Below are positions 38,176 through 46,848 of a stretch of DNA of 50,030 nucleotides, one piece after another. The DNA is from Patescibacteria group bacterium. Lineage in GTDB: Bacteria; Patescibacteriota; JAUYIX01; JBHPHK01. Location of the stretch: assembly GCA_042569365.1 (NCBI GenBank), contig JBHPHK010000006.1, forward strand, positions 1 through 50,030, written 5' to 3'. Position 1 is the first letter of the stretch, and every line of letters begins with the position of its first letter. The notes beneath the pieces are model-generated. The model was not told the origin of the DNA, did no database searches, and saw only the letters and a list, made by a program, of their open reading frames with translations. Position numbers and translations under genes: made by a program.

Positions 38176-39438
38176 ATGACCAATATACTACAAGTACGAG
38201 CGTTAGAAATATTAGACTCGCGTGGCAATCCGACGGTGATGGCAGAGGCGATCTTAGAAGACGGCACTAAAGCACGCTCTGGAGTGCCTTCGGGAGCCTC
38301 CACTGGCGTCCACGAAGCTTTGGAATTACGTGATGGTGATCAGGATCGCTACCTTGGAAAGGGCGTCCAGAAAGCCTGCGACAATGTAAATAACATTATT
38401 AGTCCAGAATTGCGCGGAATGGATGTTACCGACCAAGAAGCAATCGACAATAAAATGCTGGAGCTGGATGGTACAGAAAATAAATCCAAGCTTGGCGCTA
38501 ATGCGATACTTGCAGCCAGCTTGGCGTGCTTGAGAGTTGCGGCTAAAGTAAGCGGTCAAGAACTCTATGAATATCTAGCGGAAGATACAGACTCTTATGA
38601 GCTCCCAATGCCGTTGATCAACATTATCAACGGAGGACAGCACGCAGACTCTGGTCTCGCCGTGCAAGAGTTCAAAGTAGTGCCGGTTGGTGCGAAAGAT
38701 TTTAAGGAAGCGATGGAGATTTCATCAGAAATCTTTCATGCACTTGAGAAGATCTTAAGTGAGAAAGGTTATGCGACTGGCGTCGGAAATGAAGGCGGTT
38801 TTGCACCGCATCTCGAAAACAATCAGATGGCACTAGAGGTCATCATCCAGGCGATTGAAAAATCAGGCCACAAGCCTGGCGAGCAAGTCGCAATTGCGCT
38901 CGATACGGCGGCCTCAGAGTTTTACAAAGACGGGTTTTATATGCTCGAAGATAATACAGAGCTGACCGCAGAGCAGTTGGTCAATGTCTACGCTGAATGG
39001 ATCACTAAATACCCAATTATTTCTATCGAGGATGGGTGCGATCAGGACGACTGGGACGGCTGGGAATTACTATACGAAAAACTGGGCAGCAAAATCCAGA
39101 TCATGGGGGATGACTTGACTGTCACCAATATCAAGCGTATCCGTGAGGCGCACGAGCGCGGTGTTATTAATTCCGTTCTTCTAAAGCTAAACCAGATCGG
39201 TACAGTCACCGAGACTAAGCAGGCGATCGACTACTGTAAGGCAAATAATCTTGCCACGATTATCTCACACCGCTCAGGCGAGACTTGCGATAGTAGCATC
39301 GCAGACCTAGCCGTCGGCTGGCGCCTTGGACAGATCAAGTCCGGCTCAACCTCTAGAAGCGAACGCCTGGCCAAATATAACAGGCTATTGGAAATACACT
39401 CCAAGACCGAAGGCAAGAACACATTCTTTCATTATTAA
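38176..39438 (+). CDS. eno: Enolase
   Basis: DSRGNPT, VPSGASTG, KLNQIG, SHRSGET, RSERLAKYN. Confidence 0.98.
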   Translation: MTNILQVRALEILDSRGNPTVMAEAILEDGTKARSGVPSGASTGVHEALELRDGDQDRYLGKGVQKACDNVNNIISPELRGMDVTDQEAIDNKMLELDGTENKSKLGANAILAASLACLRVAAKVSGQELYEYLAEDTDSYELPMPLINIINGGQHADSGLAVQEFKVVPVGAKDFKEAMEISSEIFHALEKILSEKGYATGVGNEGGFAPHLENNQMALEVIIQAIEKSGHKPGEQVAIALDTAASEFYKDGFYMLEDNTELTAEQLVNVYAEWITKYPIISIEDGCDQDDWDGWELLYEKLGSKIQIMGDDLTVTNIKRIREAHERGVINSVLLKLNQIGTVTETKQAIDYCKANNLATIISHRSGETCDSSIADLAVGWRLGQIKSGSTSRSERLAKYNRLLEIHSKTEGKNTFFHY

Positions 39439-39448
39439 TCTCGAGATC

Positions 39449-39487
39449 AAAAAATCACCCCGACTCATGAGGGCGGGGTAATTTTTT
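39449..39487. terminator. Bidirectional terminator between eno and the membrane gene
   Basis: A-run, ACCCCG-ACTCATGAGGG-CGGGGT, T-run. Confidence 0.7.
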
Positions 39488-39529
39488 ATTGACTCTATTT
39501 TACTAGAGAAAATGTCTAGGTTGAAGGTT

Positions 39530-40069
39530 TTACTTCGCGTCGGTAGCTTCCTTATTGAATCCGCCTGCGACTGCAAAACCGATCAAGGCCACGATTAGAC
39601 CTCCGATTATGTTACCAACAATAATCCAAATCATTGAGAAGACCGTAGCGCCTACTGCAAAGCTGACACCAAGGGCGGTTGTAAACACGAAGACGGTCAT
39701 AATAGTCGCCAGTAGAGTTATGACAGCATGAATAATGCCGTAAACACCACCCAAGACAGCACCGCCGATCAAAGCTTCTTTGATCTCTTGACGCTTATCT
39801 TTAGCGAGTTTGTAACCAATCATGAAAGTGATGTACAAAGTACAGAGCCAGAAGGCAACTGAATAAATCCACCAGAAGAACCATCCGATGACAGGTATGA
39901 GAGACAATACGCCAAGCACAATAATGATCACCAAAGTAACCATCAAAGCCCTCTTGTTGTAGGTCAAGTATTGTCCAATCGAAAGCTTGCCAATTTTAGT
40001 TTTCATGGCATCACTCTCCATAACCTTATCAACTTTTTCTTCAACCTGATCCATAGGTTTTTGTTCCAT
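39530..40069 (-). CDS. Hypothetical multi-pass membrane protein (start revised to ATG 40069)
   Basis: 4-5 hydrophobic Gly-rich helices; the upstream extension in the ORF track is AT-rich and overlaps the pfkB promoter region. Confidence 0.75.
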   Translation of the reverse strand: MEQKPMDQVEEKVDKVMESDAMKTKIGKLSIGQYLTYNKRALMVTLVIIIVLGVLSLIPVIGWFFWWIYSVAFWLCTLYITFMIGYKLAKDKRQEIKEALIGGAVLGGVYGIIHAVITLLATIMTVFVFTTALGVSFAVGATVFSMIWIIVGNIIGGLIVALIGFAVAGGFNKEATDAK

Positions 40070-40282
40070 TTCGATTTCTTTAAAAATTAAATTAATTAAT
40101 TTAACGGTTAAATTCTTTAACCTGGCTTCATTATAGCGCCTCTTGTGCGATTCTCGGCCAATTAATGTGGATAACACCAAATGGTGGCCAAATACGGCCA
40201 GGTAGTGAATTGTACGCTTCATATAACTCTTAAAAACGACTATAATAACAGTAATAATCACAAATTTAGCAAACAGAAATAT

Positions 40283-41275
40283 ATGGATATTTTAGTATTT
40301 GGAGGAGCAACAAACGACTTGTATGTGCCACTCCCAGACCCTATTCACATTCAAACCGAACGCAAAGGCAAGCAAGCTAAAAAATGGCTACGGATTCCTT
40401 ATAGTACAAAGGTTTTGGCAGACGGAATGGTCTTGGGGACCGGCGGCGGCGCAGCTAATGTTGCGGTTGGCTTAAGTAAGTTGGGTCACTCTGTTGCGCT
40501 GGCGGCGATGATCGGAAATGATGTTGAAGGCCAGTTGGTATTGGATAATATGAAAAGAGCCGGTGTAAAGACAGACTGCGTCAAGATCAATAAAAAAGAA
40601 GCGACTGGCTTGTCAGTCGACCTGACCATCCCGGGAGAAGACCGGACTGTAATTGCACAACGCGGCGCCAATAATCACATGGATAAGGTTAAATGGCCGC
40701 TTTCAAAGATGACACCGCGCAAAGCGATTGTCGTAATGCACTTGTCGGGCACGAGTCATCGAATGCTTTCACAGATACGTAAAATAAAGAAAGCAAATCC
40801 TGAGCTTCTGCTTGCGTGGAATCCCGGAAGTACGCAGCTGACAAAAGGGTTAAAGGCACTGCAGAGCACGTTGAAGGTGACAGATATTTTAAACTTGAAT
40901 GAGCGCGAGGCGCGTGAACTTCTCGGACGCAGTGCTAATCGTTTGAGCTATCAAAAAGTGGCTGCCAAGATCGGAGAATTTGGGCCGAAAGTTGTTTTGA
41001 TCACGCGTGGGCGCGTCGGGGCCTATGGCTGGAGCGCGGAAGAGCAGGCCTATGCCATTCCTTTGCCGACTAAACGTTTGAATGTTACTGGAGCAGGGGA
41101 TTCGTTTACTTCAGGTTTTGTGGCGGGCTATCTAGAACACGGTGACGACATTAAAAAAGGCCTGCAGTACGGCACTGCGAACGGATCTTACGTGGTCACA
41201 AAAGTCGGAGCCCAGCATGGACTCTTGACCGATAAACAGATTAAACGAATTGCCCGCACAGTTAAGTTTAAATAA
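40283..41275 (+). CDS. PfkB/ribokinase-family carbohydrate kinase (start revised to ATG 40283)
   Basis: GGGAANVAVGLSKLG, IGND, NEREA, TGAGDSF. Confidence 0.93.
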   Translation: MDILVFGGATNDLYVPLPDPIHIQTERKGKQAKKWLRIPYSTKVLADGMVLGTGGGAANVAVGLSKLGHSVALAAMIGNDVEGQLVLDNMKRAGVKTDCVKINKKEATGLSVDLTIPGEDRTVIAQRGANNHMDKVKWPLSKMTPRKAIVVMHLSGTSHRMLSQIRKIKKANPELLLAWNPGSTQLTKGLKALQSTLKVTDILNLNEREARELLGRSANRLSYQKVAAKIGEFGPKVVLITRGRVGAYGWSAEEQAYAIPLPTKRLNVTGAGDSFTSGFVAGYLEHGDDIKKGLQYGTANGSYVVTKVGAQHGLLTDKQIKRIARTVKFK

Positions 41276-43054
41276 ATGCCTTCTCCTCTTGAGGATGCGC
41301 TGCCTGAGCCTATTTCGGCGACTGGGGCGCATTGGAAAATCCTAAAAAAGCCGAGTGCAAATGCACTAGCAAAATTAGGCGACCTGCCCGAGGTGGTCGC
41401 GCAGCTTTTATATTTGCGCGGGATTAAAAACAAGGAGGAGAAAGATATATTTCTAGAGCCGGATTATGCGCGGGACTTGCATGACCCTCTGCTTCTCAAG
41501 GGAATGCCGGAAGGAGTCGAGCTGATCCGCCAGGCGATCACGGATGAAAAGAAAATCGTGGTCGTGGGAGACTATGACGTGGACGGGATCTGCGGTTTGA
41601 CTATCCTGGTCGGGGTCTTGAAAGACTTAGGTGCTAAAGTCGGGCACTATATGCCGTCGCGTTATCGAGATGGCTACGGTCTCACGATGCGTGTCGCTGA
41701 AAGACTGGTAGACGATGGCGTCGATCTCATTATCACAGTCGACAACGGGATCCGCAGCGTCGACGAGGTCGAGTATTTCAAAAAACAGGGCAAACAGGTG
41801 ATCGTTACAGACCATCATGGGATTGGCCCTAAGCTGCCGCCAGCAGATGTGGTCATCAACCCGCACCAGAAAGGCGACAGATACCCAAACAAGCATTTAG
41901 CGGGCGCTGCGGTTGGCTTCAAGCTAGCGACAGCGTTACTTCGCGCCTACAAATCTCCTGAGGATGCGGAAAAGGAAGAAAAATGGCTCTTAGATCTAGT
42001 GGCACTGGCAACGGTCGCAGATATGATGTCCCTGACCGGAGAGAATAGAGCACTTGTGCATTATGGATTGAAAGTTTTAGAAAAGACAAAACGCTTGGGT
42101 CTGAAAAAACTAATAGAGCTTACGCGCAGCCCGCGCGATGAAGACCAGTCGCCCACAGCAGAAACGATCGGCTGGCGGCTCGGACCGCGTCTTAATGCGG
42201 CCGGCCGGCTCGCCGACGCCAACACCGCCTATCAGCTCCTGATGGCCGACAATGATGCAGACGCCCAAAACCTCCTGACCGAGATAGAACGCCTCAATGT
42301 CATGCGTCAGGAATGGACCGAGCGCATCCGGAAAGCAGTGCAGCAGCAGATTGGAAACATCTCAGATGACAAAAAAATAATTATCGCCTCTGATACGGGC
42401 TGGCCGCACGGGGTCTTGGGGATTGTAGCCGGCAGGCTGACAGAAGAATACCAAAGACCCGTGATCTTACTAGACGAAGAAAGAGAATTTGCGACTGGTT
42501 CCGCTCGGAGCATCGAATCTTTTGATATTACTGCAGCGCTAGATAAGCACGCTGATCTTCTCGAACGCTTTGGAGGACACGCCGCCGCCGCAGGTTTGAC
42601 ATTGGAGACTGCGAAGATAGGAGAGTTTCGCGAAGAGATAGAGAAATACGCCGGCAAAATACTCAAAGACCATGACTTTAAGCGAGCGCTTATGATTGAC
42701 GCCGAGATCACAGCAAAAGACTTCACACTCGAAGTATTTGAAGCCATCCAAAAGCTTCAACCTTTCGGCGAGGACAATCTTGAGCCAGTCTTTATCCTCA
42801 AAAACGCAGAAGTCAAAGACCTTCAGACTATGGGCGACGAGGGACAGCACTGGCGCGCTCAAGTGAAGCAAAAAGACGGTCCGCTCATCAAAGTGATCGG
42901 TTTTTGCTTGTCAGATGCGTGTGCGCACGTTAAAGTGGGGGATATGATCGATGTGGCTGGCCGGCTCACGTCCAACACCTGGAACGACCAAACCACGATC
43001 GAGTTTAAAATCGAAGATGTAAAATTTTCACAAAAATATGACCGCAAAACATAA
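41276..43054 (+). CDS. recJ: ssDNA exonuclease RecJ
   Basis: GDYDVDG, GYGL, TVDNG, TDHH, PRLNAAGR, GSARS, FGGHAAAAG. Confidence 0.97.
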   Translation: MPSPLEDALPEPISATGAHWKILKKPSANALAKLGDLPEVVAQLLYLRGIKNKEEKDIFLEPDYARDLHDPLLLKGMPEGVELIRQAITDEKKIVVVGDYDVDGICGLTILVGVLKDLGAKVGHYMPSRYRDGYGLTMRVAERLVDDGVDLIITVDNGIRSVDEVEYFKKQGKQVIVTDHHGIGPKLPPADVVINPHQKGDRYPNKHLAGAAVGFKLATALLRAYKSPEDAEKEEKWLLDLVALATVADMMSLTGENRALVHYGLKVLEKTKRLGLKKLIELTRSPRDEDQSPTAETIGWRLGPRLNAAGRLADANTAYQLLMADNDADAQNLLTEIERLNVMRQEWTERIRKAVQQQIGNISDDKKIIIASDTGWPHGVLGIVAGRLTEEYQRPVILLDEEREFATGSARSIESFDITAALDKHADLLERFGGHAAAAGLTLETAKIGEFREEIEKYAGKILKDHDFKRALMIDAEITAKDFTLEVFEAIQKLQPFGEDNLEPVFILKNAEVKDLQTMGDEGQHWRAQVKQKDGPLIKVIGFCLSDACAHVKVGDMIDVAGRLTSNTWNDQTTIEFKIEDVKFSQKYDRKT

Positions 43055-43451
43055 CAAACTAATCAGCTACACAGACGGAGGAGCAAGGGGTAACCCAGGG
43101 CTGGCCGCGATCGGAGTCGTGCTTCAAGATGAGCACGGCAAGCTCGTGAAGGAATTTGGCGAGGCAATGGGCGAGGCGACCAATAATCAAGCCGAATACC
43201 AAGCTATTATCCGCGCTTTAGAAACAGCGGCAGAGCTGGGTGCGTCCGAAGTCGAGTCTTATCTCGACAGCGAGCTTGTCGTCAAGCAGCTTAACAGCGA
43301 ATACAAAGTCAAACACGCCAATATGAAGCCGCTTTTTGAGAAGGTTCAGGCTCTGGCCGGACAGTTTGATAAAGTATCTTTTGCGCATGTGATGCGCGAA
43401 GACAATGTACGGGCCGATGAGCTTTTGAATGAGGTTTTGGATAGTCTTTAG
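43038..43451 (+). CDS. Ribonuclease HI family protein
   Basis: TDGGARGNPG, TNNQAEY, DSELVV, N-x-x-AD catalytic acidic residues. Confidence 0.93.
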   Translation: MTAKHNKLISYTDGGARGNPGLAAIGVVLQDEHGKLVKEFGEAMGEATNNQAEYQAIIRALETAAELGASEVESYLDSELVVKQLNSEYKVKHANMKPLFEKVQALAGQFDKVSFAHVMREDNVRADELLNEVLDSL

Positions 43452-43456
43452 TACGT

Positions 43457-43511
43457 GTCATCCCGGACCCCGGATCAAGTCCGGGGCAAGCTTTATTGAT
43501 CCGGGATCCAG
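43457..43511. repeat. Nested REP-like palindromic element
   Basis: GTCATCCCGGA..TTGATCCGGGATCCAG interrupted by CCCCGGA-TCAAG-TCCGGGG-CAAGC. Confidence 0.6.
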
Positions 43512-43605
43512 AAATCAGCGAAAAGTCTTTGCAGTTCAAAAAACTAAGAGTATAATATAGGAGATGGAGAATACCTTAATTAAACTAGAATCGAGGTGAT
43601 TATCC

Positions 43606-43803
43606 ATGAAAAATCGAAAAGGTACTCAATGGACCAGTTCTGAAGTTGCAAATCTTAGAACATATGCAAAACAGAATACGCCCACAAGAGTAATTGCCTT
43701 AAAGATAGGTCGCACACCGACAGCCATACAGAGTAAAGCGCAGGAAAAGCATATTTCGCTTAAGCCTACAAATCAATCTCCGTATAATCGTCGAAAGAGG
43801 TAA
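43606..43803 (+). CDS. Small basic Myb/HTH-like protein (65 aa)
   Basis: WTSSEVANL...IALKIGRTPTAIQSKA pattern; GAGGTG SD; TATAAT at 43551-43556; own terminator. Confidence 0.8.
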   Translation: MKNRKGTQWTSSEVANLRTYAKQNTPTRVIALKIGRTPTAIQSKAQEKHISLKPTNQSPYNRRKR

Positions 43804-43810
43804 TAAACCA

Positions 43811-43838
43811 AGAAAACCGCCCGGGAGGGCGGTTTTCT
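43811..43838 (+). terminator. Terminator after the 65-aa gene
   Basis: AGAAAACCGCCC-GGGA-GGGCGGTTTTCT. Confidence 0.8.
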
Positions 43839-43840
43839 GC

Positions 43841-43869
43841 TTGACAGAGCGGAATTTTATAGATATTCT
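43841..43869 (+). promoter_or_regulatory. sigma70 promoter of mod (very short leader)
   Basis: TTGACA-17 bp-TATTCT, 8 bp before the ATG. Confidence 0.6.
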
Positions 43870-43877
43870 TAAATTAT

Positions 43878-46133
43878 ATGAATCTCACCGAAAACGAAAA
43901 ACGCGATGCTATAAAGCTTATTCAAAAAGGCAAACCTCTGCCAGATAAGTATCGTTTTTTGCTTTTTGATCAAGATCGTGAGGTTGAACTTGTCTGGAAT
44001 GGTAAAACTAGTGAAGTTACAAATACTATCCTACCTTTTCAGACAATTGAACATATTGACGAGCCGCGCAGTGACGAAAAAATTGAGATGCAAGGCTCGC
44101 TTTTCGATACATCCGGTCGCCAACAAAAAGGCTGGACTAACAAACTTATTTGGGGTGACAATAAACTAATCCTTTCCAGTCTTAAGAATGGACCCCTAAG
44201 AAAAGAGATTGAAAAACAGGGAGGCATAAAGCTTATCTATATTGATCCGCCTTTTGATGTGGGTGCTGATTTTTCAATGGATATTGAAATAGGCGATGAA
44301 AAGCTGACTAAGAAACCATCACAAATTGAGCAGGTTGCCTATAGAGATACATGGGGCAAAGGTGCAGATAGTTTCAATGCCATGATCTATGAACGACTGA
44401 AATTAATGCATGATCTTCTCGTAGAAGATGGAAGTATCTATGTGCATTGTGATTGGCGAGTCAGTGGACACATGAGATTAATATTGGACGAGATATTTGG
44501 AGCTGATAATTTTAGAAATGAAATCATATGGAAAAGGAGTGCTAATATTTCGTCAATTAGTAATATATTTAGAAAAGCTCATGATTCAATTTTTTATTAT
44601 TCAAAAAGCCCTAATACAAAATTGAATAAGACCTATAAAAAACATACAACCGAATATTTAGCCCAATATAATAAAGAAGATAAACTTGGTCGATACAGAC
44701 ATGCTCCACTACTTGTAAGTGGAAAAAGATCTGGTTCTACGGGTTCGACTTGGCGAGGATTTAATCCCAATACATTTGGACGCAATGGAATGCACTGGAT
44801 AACTAAGATTGAAAAATTAGAAAAACTTGACGCTGAAGAAAGAATTTATTGGCCAGAAAATGGACAGCCAATGTTGAAATATTATTTTGATGAAACAAAG
44901 GGTGTTCCAGTTTCTGACATATGGGACGATATTAAACTAATATCTCCAACTAGTATTGAATCCGCAAACTATCCTACGCAAAAACCAGAGACGTTAATGG
45001 AGAGAATAATTCAAGCGTCTACAAATACTAATGATTTGATTGCAGATTTCTTCTGCGGATCAGGGTCAGCATTAACTATGGCAGAAAAACTAGGTCGTAA
45101 GTGGGTAGGATCAGATCTCGGACGATTTAGTATTCACACTACCCGCAAGCGCATGATTAATGTACAACGAGAACTCAAAAAAGAGAGTAAAGATTATCGT
45201 GCCTTTGAAATACTAAACATTGGTCGCTATGAGCGTGAAAATTATATTTCAGTTAATAATAATCTCAAGCCAGAAGAGGCTGAAAAAGTACGCAGACAGA
45301 AAGAAAAAGATTTTGTTAATTTGATGCTGTCTGCCTATAAAGCCGAGTCTGTAAATGATTTTACGACTTTTGTTGGTAAAAAACGTGATAGATTAATCGC
45401 TGTTGGTCCTATTAATACTCCAATCACTTCAGATTTCATTGATAGTATTGTTGCTGAATGTAAAGAAAAAGGTATTACAAAAGCGGATGTATTGGCATTT
45501 GAATTTGAAATGGGCATTGACTTTGACGAATATAAAAAAGATAAAGGAATTGATCTTGCTTTCCGTTATATACCTAATGAGGTTTTTGATAAGAAGGCTG
45601 TCGAAAAAGGTCAGGTTAAATTTCATGATGTTGCCTATATCGAAGTAAAGCCGATCGTAAAAGGACGAGGCAAGAAAAAGACGTTAGCAATTGAGCTGGT
45701 GGATTTTGGTGTATTTTATAATCAAGATGCTGATGTTGATACTGATAAGCTACGACCGGGTGGTAATAAAGTCGTTATTGATAATGGTCAGGTGATCAAA
45801 ATTTCTAAAGATAAGAAGAATAATCTTGTTGATCGTGAGGTTTTGACAAAGAAATGGAGCGATTGGATTGACTATTGGTCTGTTGATTTTGATTATGAAA
45901 GTAAGAAAGAAATTATCCGTTCAGTCGATCCAAAGACCAAGAAAGAAAAAGAAGAATGGACGGGGGATTACATTTTCGAAAACGAATGGCAGTCTTTTCG
46001 AACTAAAAAAGATCGTGACCTAGAATTTATGAGTGCCGCTCGCGAAGTAACACCCGGCAAACGCAAAATTGCTATCAAGGTTGTCGATATTTTCGGGAAT
46101 GACACTACTAAAGTTATAGAAATAACAGTTTAG
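43878..46133 (+). CDS. mod: Type III R-M modification methyltransferase (beta class)
   Basis: IYIDPPF motif IV precedes DFFCGSG motif I; YPTQKPE; C-terminal KVVDIFGND. Confidence 0.92.
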   Translation: MNLTENEKRDAIKLIQKGKPLPDKYRFLLFDQDREVELVWNGKTSEVTNTILPFQTIEHIDEPRSDEKIEMQGSLFDTSGRQQKGWTNKLIWGDNKLILSSLKNGPLRKEIEKQGGIKLIYIDPPFDVGADFSMDIEIGDEKLTKKPSQIEQVAYRDTWGKGADSFNAMIYERLKLMHDLLVEDGSIYVHCDWRVSGHMRLILDEIFGADNFRNEIIWKRSANISSISNIFRKAHDSIFYYSKSPNTKLNKTYKKHTTEYLAQYNKEDKLGRYRHAPLLVSGKRSGSTGSTWRGFNPNTFGRNGMHWITKIEKLEKLDAEERIYWPENGQPMLKYYFDETKGVPVSDIWDDIKLISPTSIESANYPTQKPETLMERIIQASTNTNDLIADFFCGSGSALTMAEKLGRKWVGSDLGRFSIHTTRKRMINVQRELKKESKDYRAFEILNIGRYERENYISVNNNLKPEEAEKVRRQKEKDFVNLMLSAYKAESVNDFTTFVGKKRDRLIAVGPINTPITSDFIDSIVAECKEKGITKADVLAFEFEMGIDFDEYKKDKGIDLAFRYIPNEVFDKKAVEKGQVKFHDVAYIEVKPIVKGRGKKKTLAIELVDFGVFYNQDADVDTDKLRPGGNKVVIDNGQVIKISKDKKNNLVDREVLTKKWSDWIDYWSVDFDYESKKEIIRSVDPKTKKEKEEWTGDYIFENEWQSFRTKKDRDLEFMSAAREVTPGKRKIAIKVVDIFGNDTTKVIEITV

Positions 46134-46141
46134 ATAAACCA

Positions 46142-46321
46142 ATGAATAAACCTATTAGACAAAAAAGATCAGATACTAAGGTTGGTACAATTGAAAAAAA
46201 ATACGGTATTGACTTAGGCGCAAGATCTGATATGAAATTGGGCAATTATTTGAAAAATAAGGGTTTGCCTTCAATGAGTAAGGCCTTGAAAAATATTGAA
46301 AAAAAGGAATCTAAGAAGTAG
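46142..46321 (+). CDS. 59-aa basic protein missed by the ORF track
   Basis: MNKPIRQKRSDTKVGTIEKKYGIDLGARSDMKLGNYLKNKGLPSMSKALKNIEKKESKK; fills the mod-HEPN gap with 8-bp and 2-bp spacers. Confidence 0.75.
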   Translation: MNKPIRQKRSDTKVGTIEKKYGIDLGARSDMKLGNYLKNKGLPSMSKALKNIEKKESKK

Positions 46322-46323
46322 TC

Positions 46324-46842
46324 ATGTCAAAAGCAGTATCTGATAAAATCTTTTATAAGAATATCAAGATCAGAATTACTGATATTGCAGTTCAGATAGA
46401 TCACGCCTCAAAGAAAGGAATAAGCAATCAGGCTAAATCCGGATACTATAGATTTGCAATACTATTAGCTTGTACAATTGCTGAAGGTCTACTATACAGA
46501 ATAATAAGAAATGAATTAGACAAGACTGGAGATCATATCAGTACTATTACAATATATAAATACCCTCATAATATTCCATCTCGATATTCGAGTAAGAGCA
46601 CGGTCCTATGTCTTCAGGAGAAAAAAGATATTTCATTGTCAAATCAAACCAAATTCAGTGAAATGATCGATTATGCTGCAAAAAATAATTTAGTATCATT
46701 AAGAGAAAAGAACAAATTAATTAAGATTATGCGCCTGAGAAATAAAATTCATTTACAATCTCTGGATATTGCAGATAGGGGATATACAAAAAAGAAATTA
46801 GATGAGATATTTAGCACAATTAATTACCTAATAAGAAAATAG
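46324..46842 (+). CDS. HEPN-like protein
   Basis: Helical; AILLACTIAEGLL segment and C-terminal RLRNKIH (R-x5-H) motif. Confidence 0.65.
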   Translation: MSKAVSDKIFYKNIKIRITDIAVQIDHASKKGISNQAKSGYYRFAILLACTIAEGLLYRIIRNELDKTGDHISTITIYKYPHNIPSRYSSKSTVLCLQEKKDISLSNQTKFSEMIDYAAKNNLVSLREKNKLIKIMRLRNKIHLQSLDIADRGYTKKKLDEIFSTINYLIRK

Positions 46843-46848
46843 TGTTTT

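Noticed and set aside
40166-40174. Perfect DnaA box (TGTGGATAA); also a near-match before ftsA at ~905 and one inside gap at ~36389
   Set aside because: Isolated single boxes with no cluster or unwinding element; not an origin and compatible with chance.
43309-43539. 76-aa minus-strand ORF containing ACPGLDPG
   Set aside because: A translation of the palindromic repeat that overlaps the RNase H gene on the opposite strand.
43878-46133. Phase-variable mod (phasevarion)
   Set aside because: No simple-sequence repeat tract seen in the ORF or its promoter.
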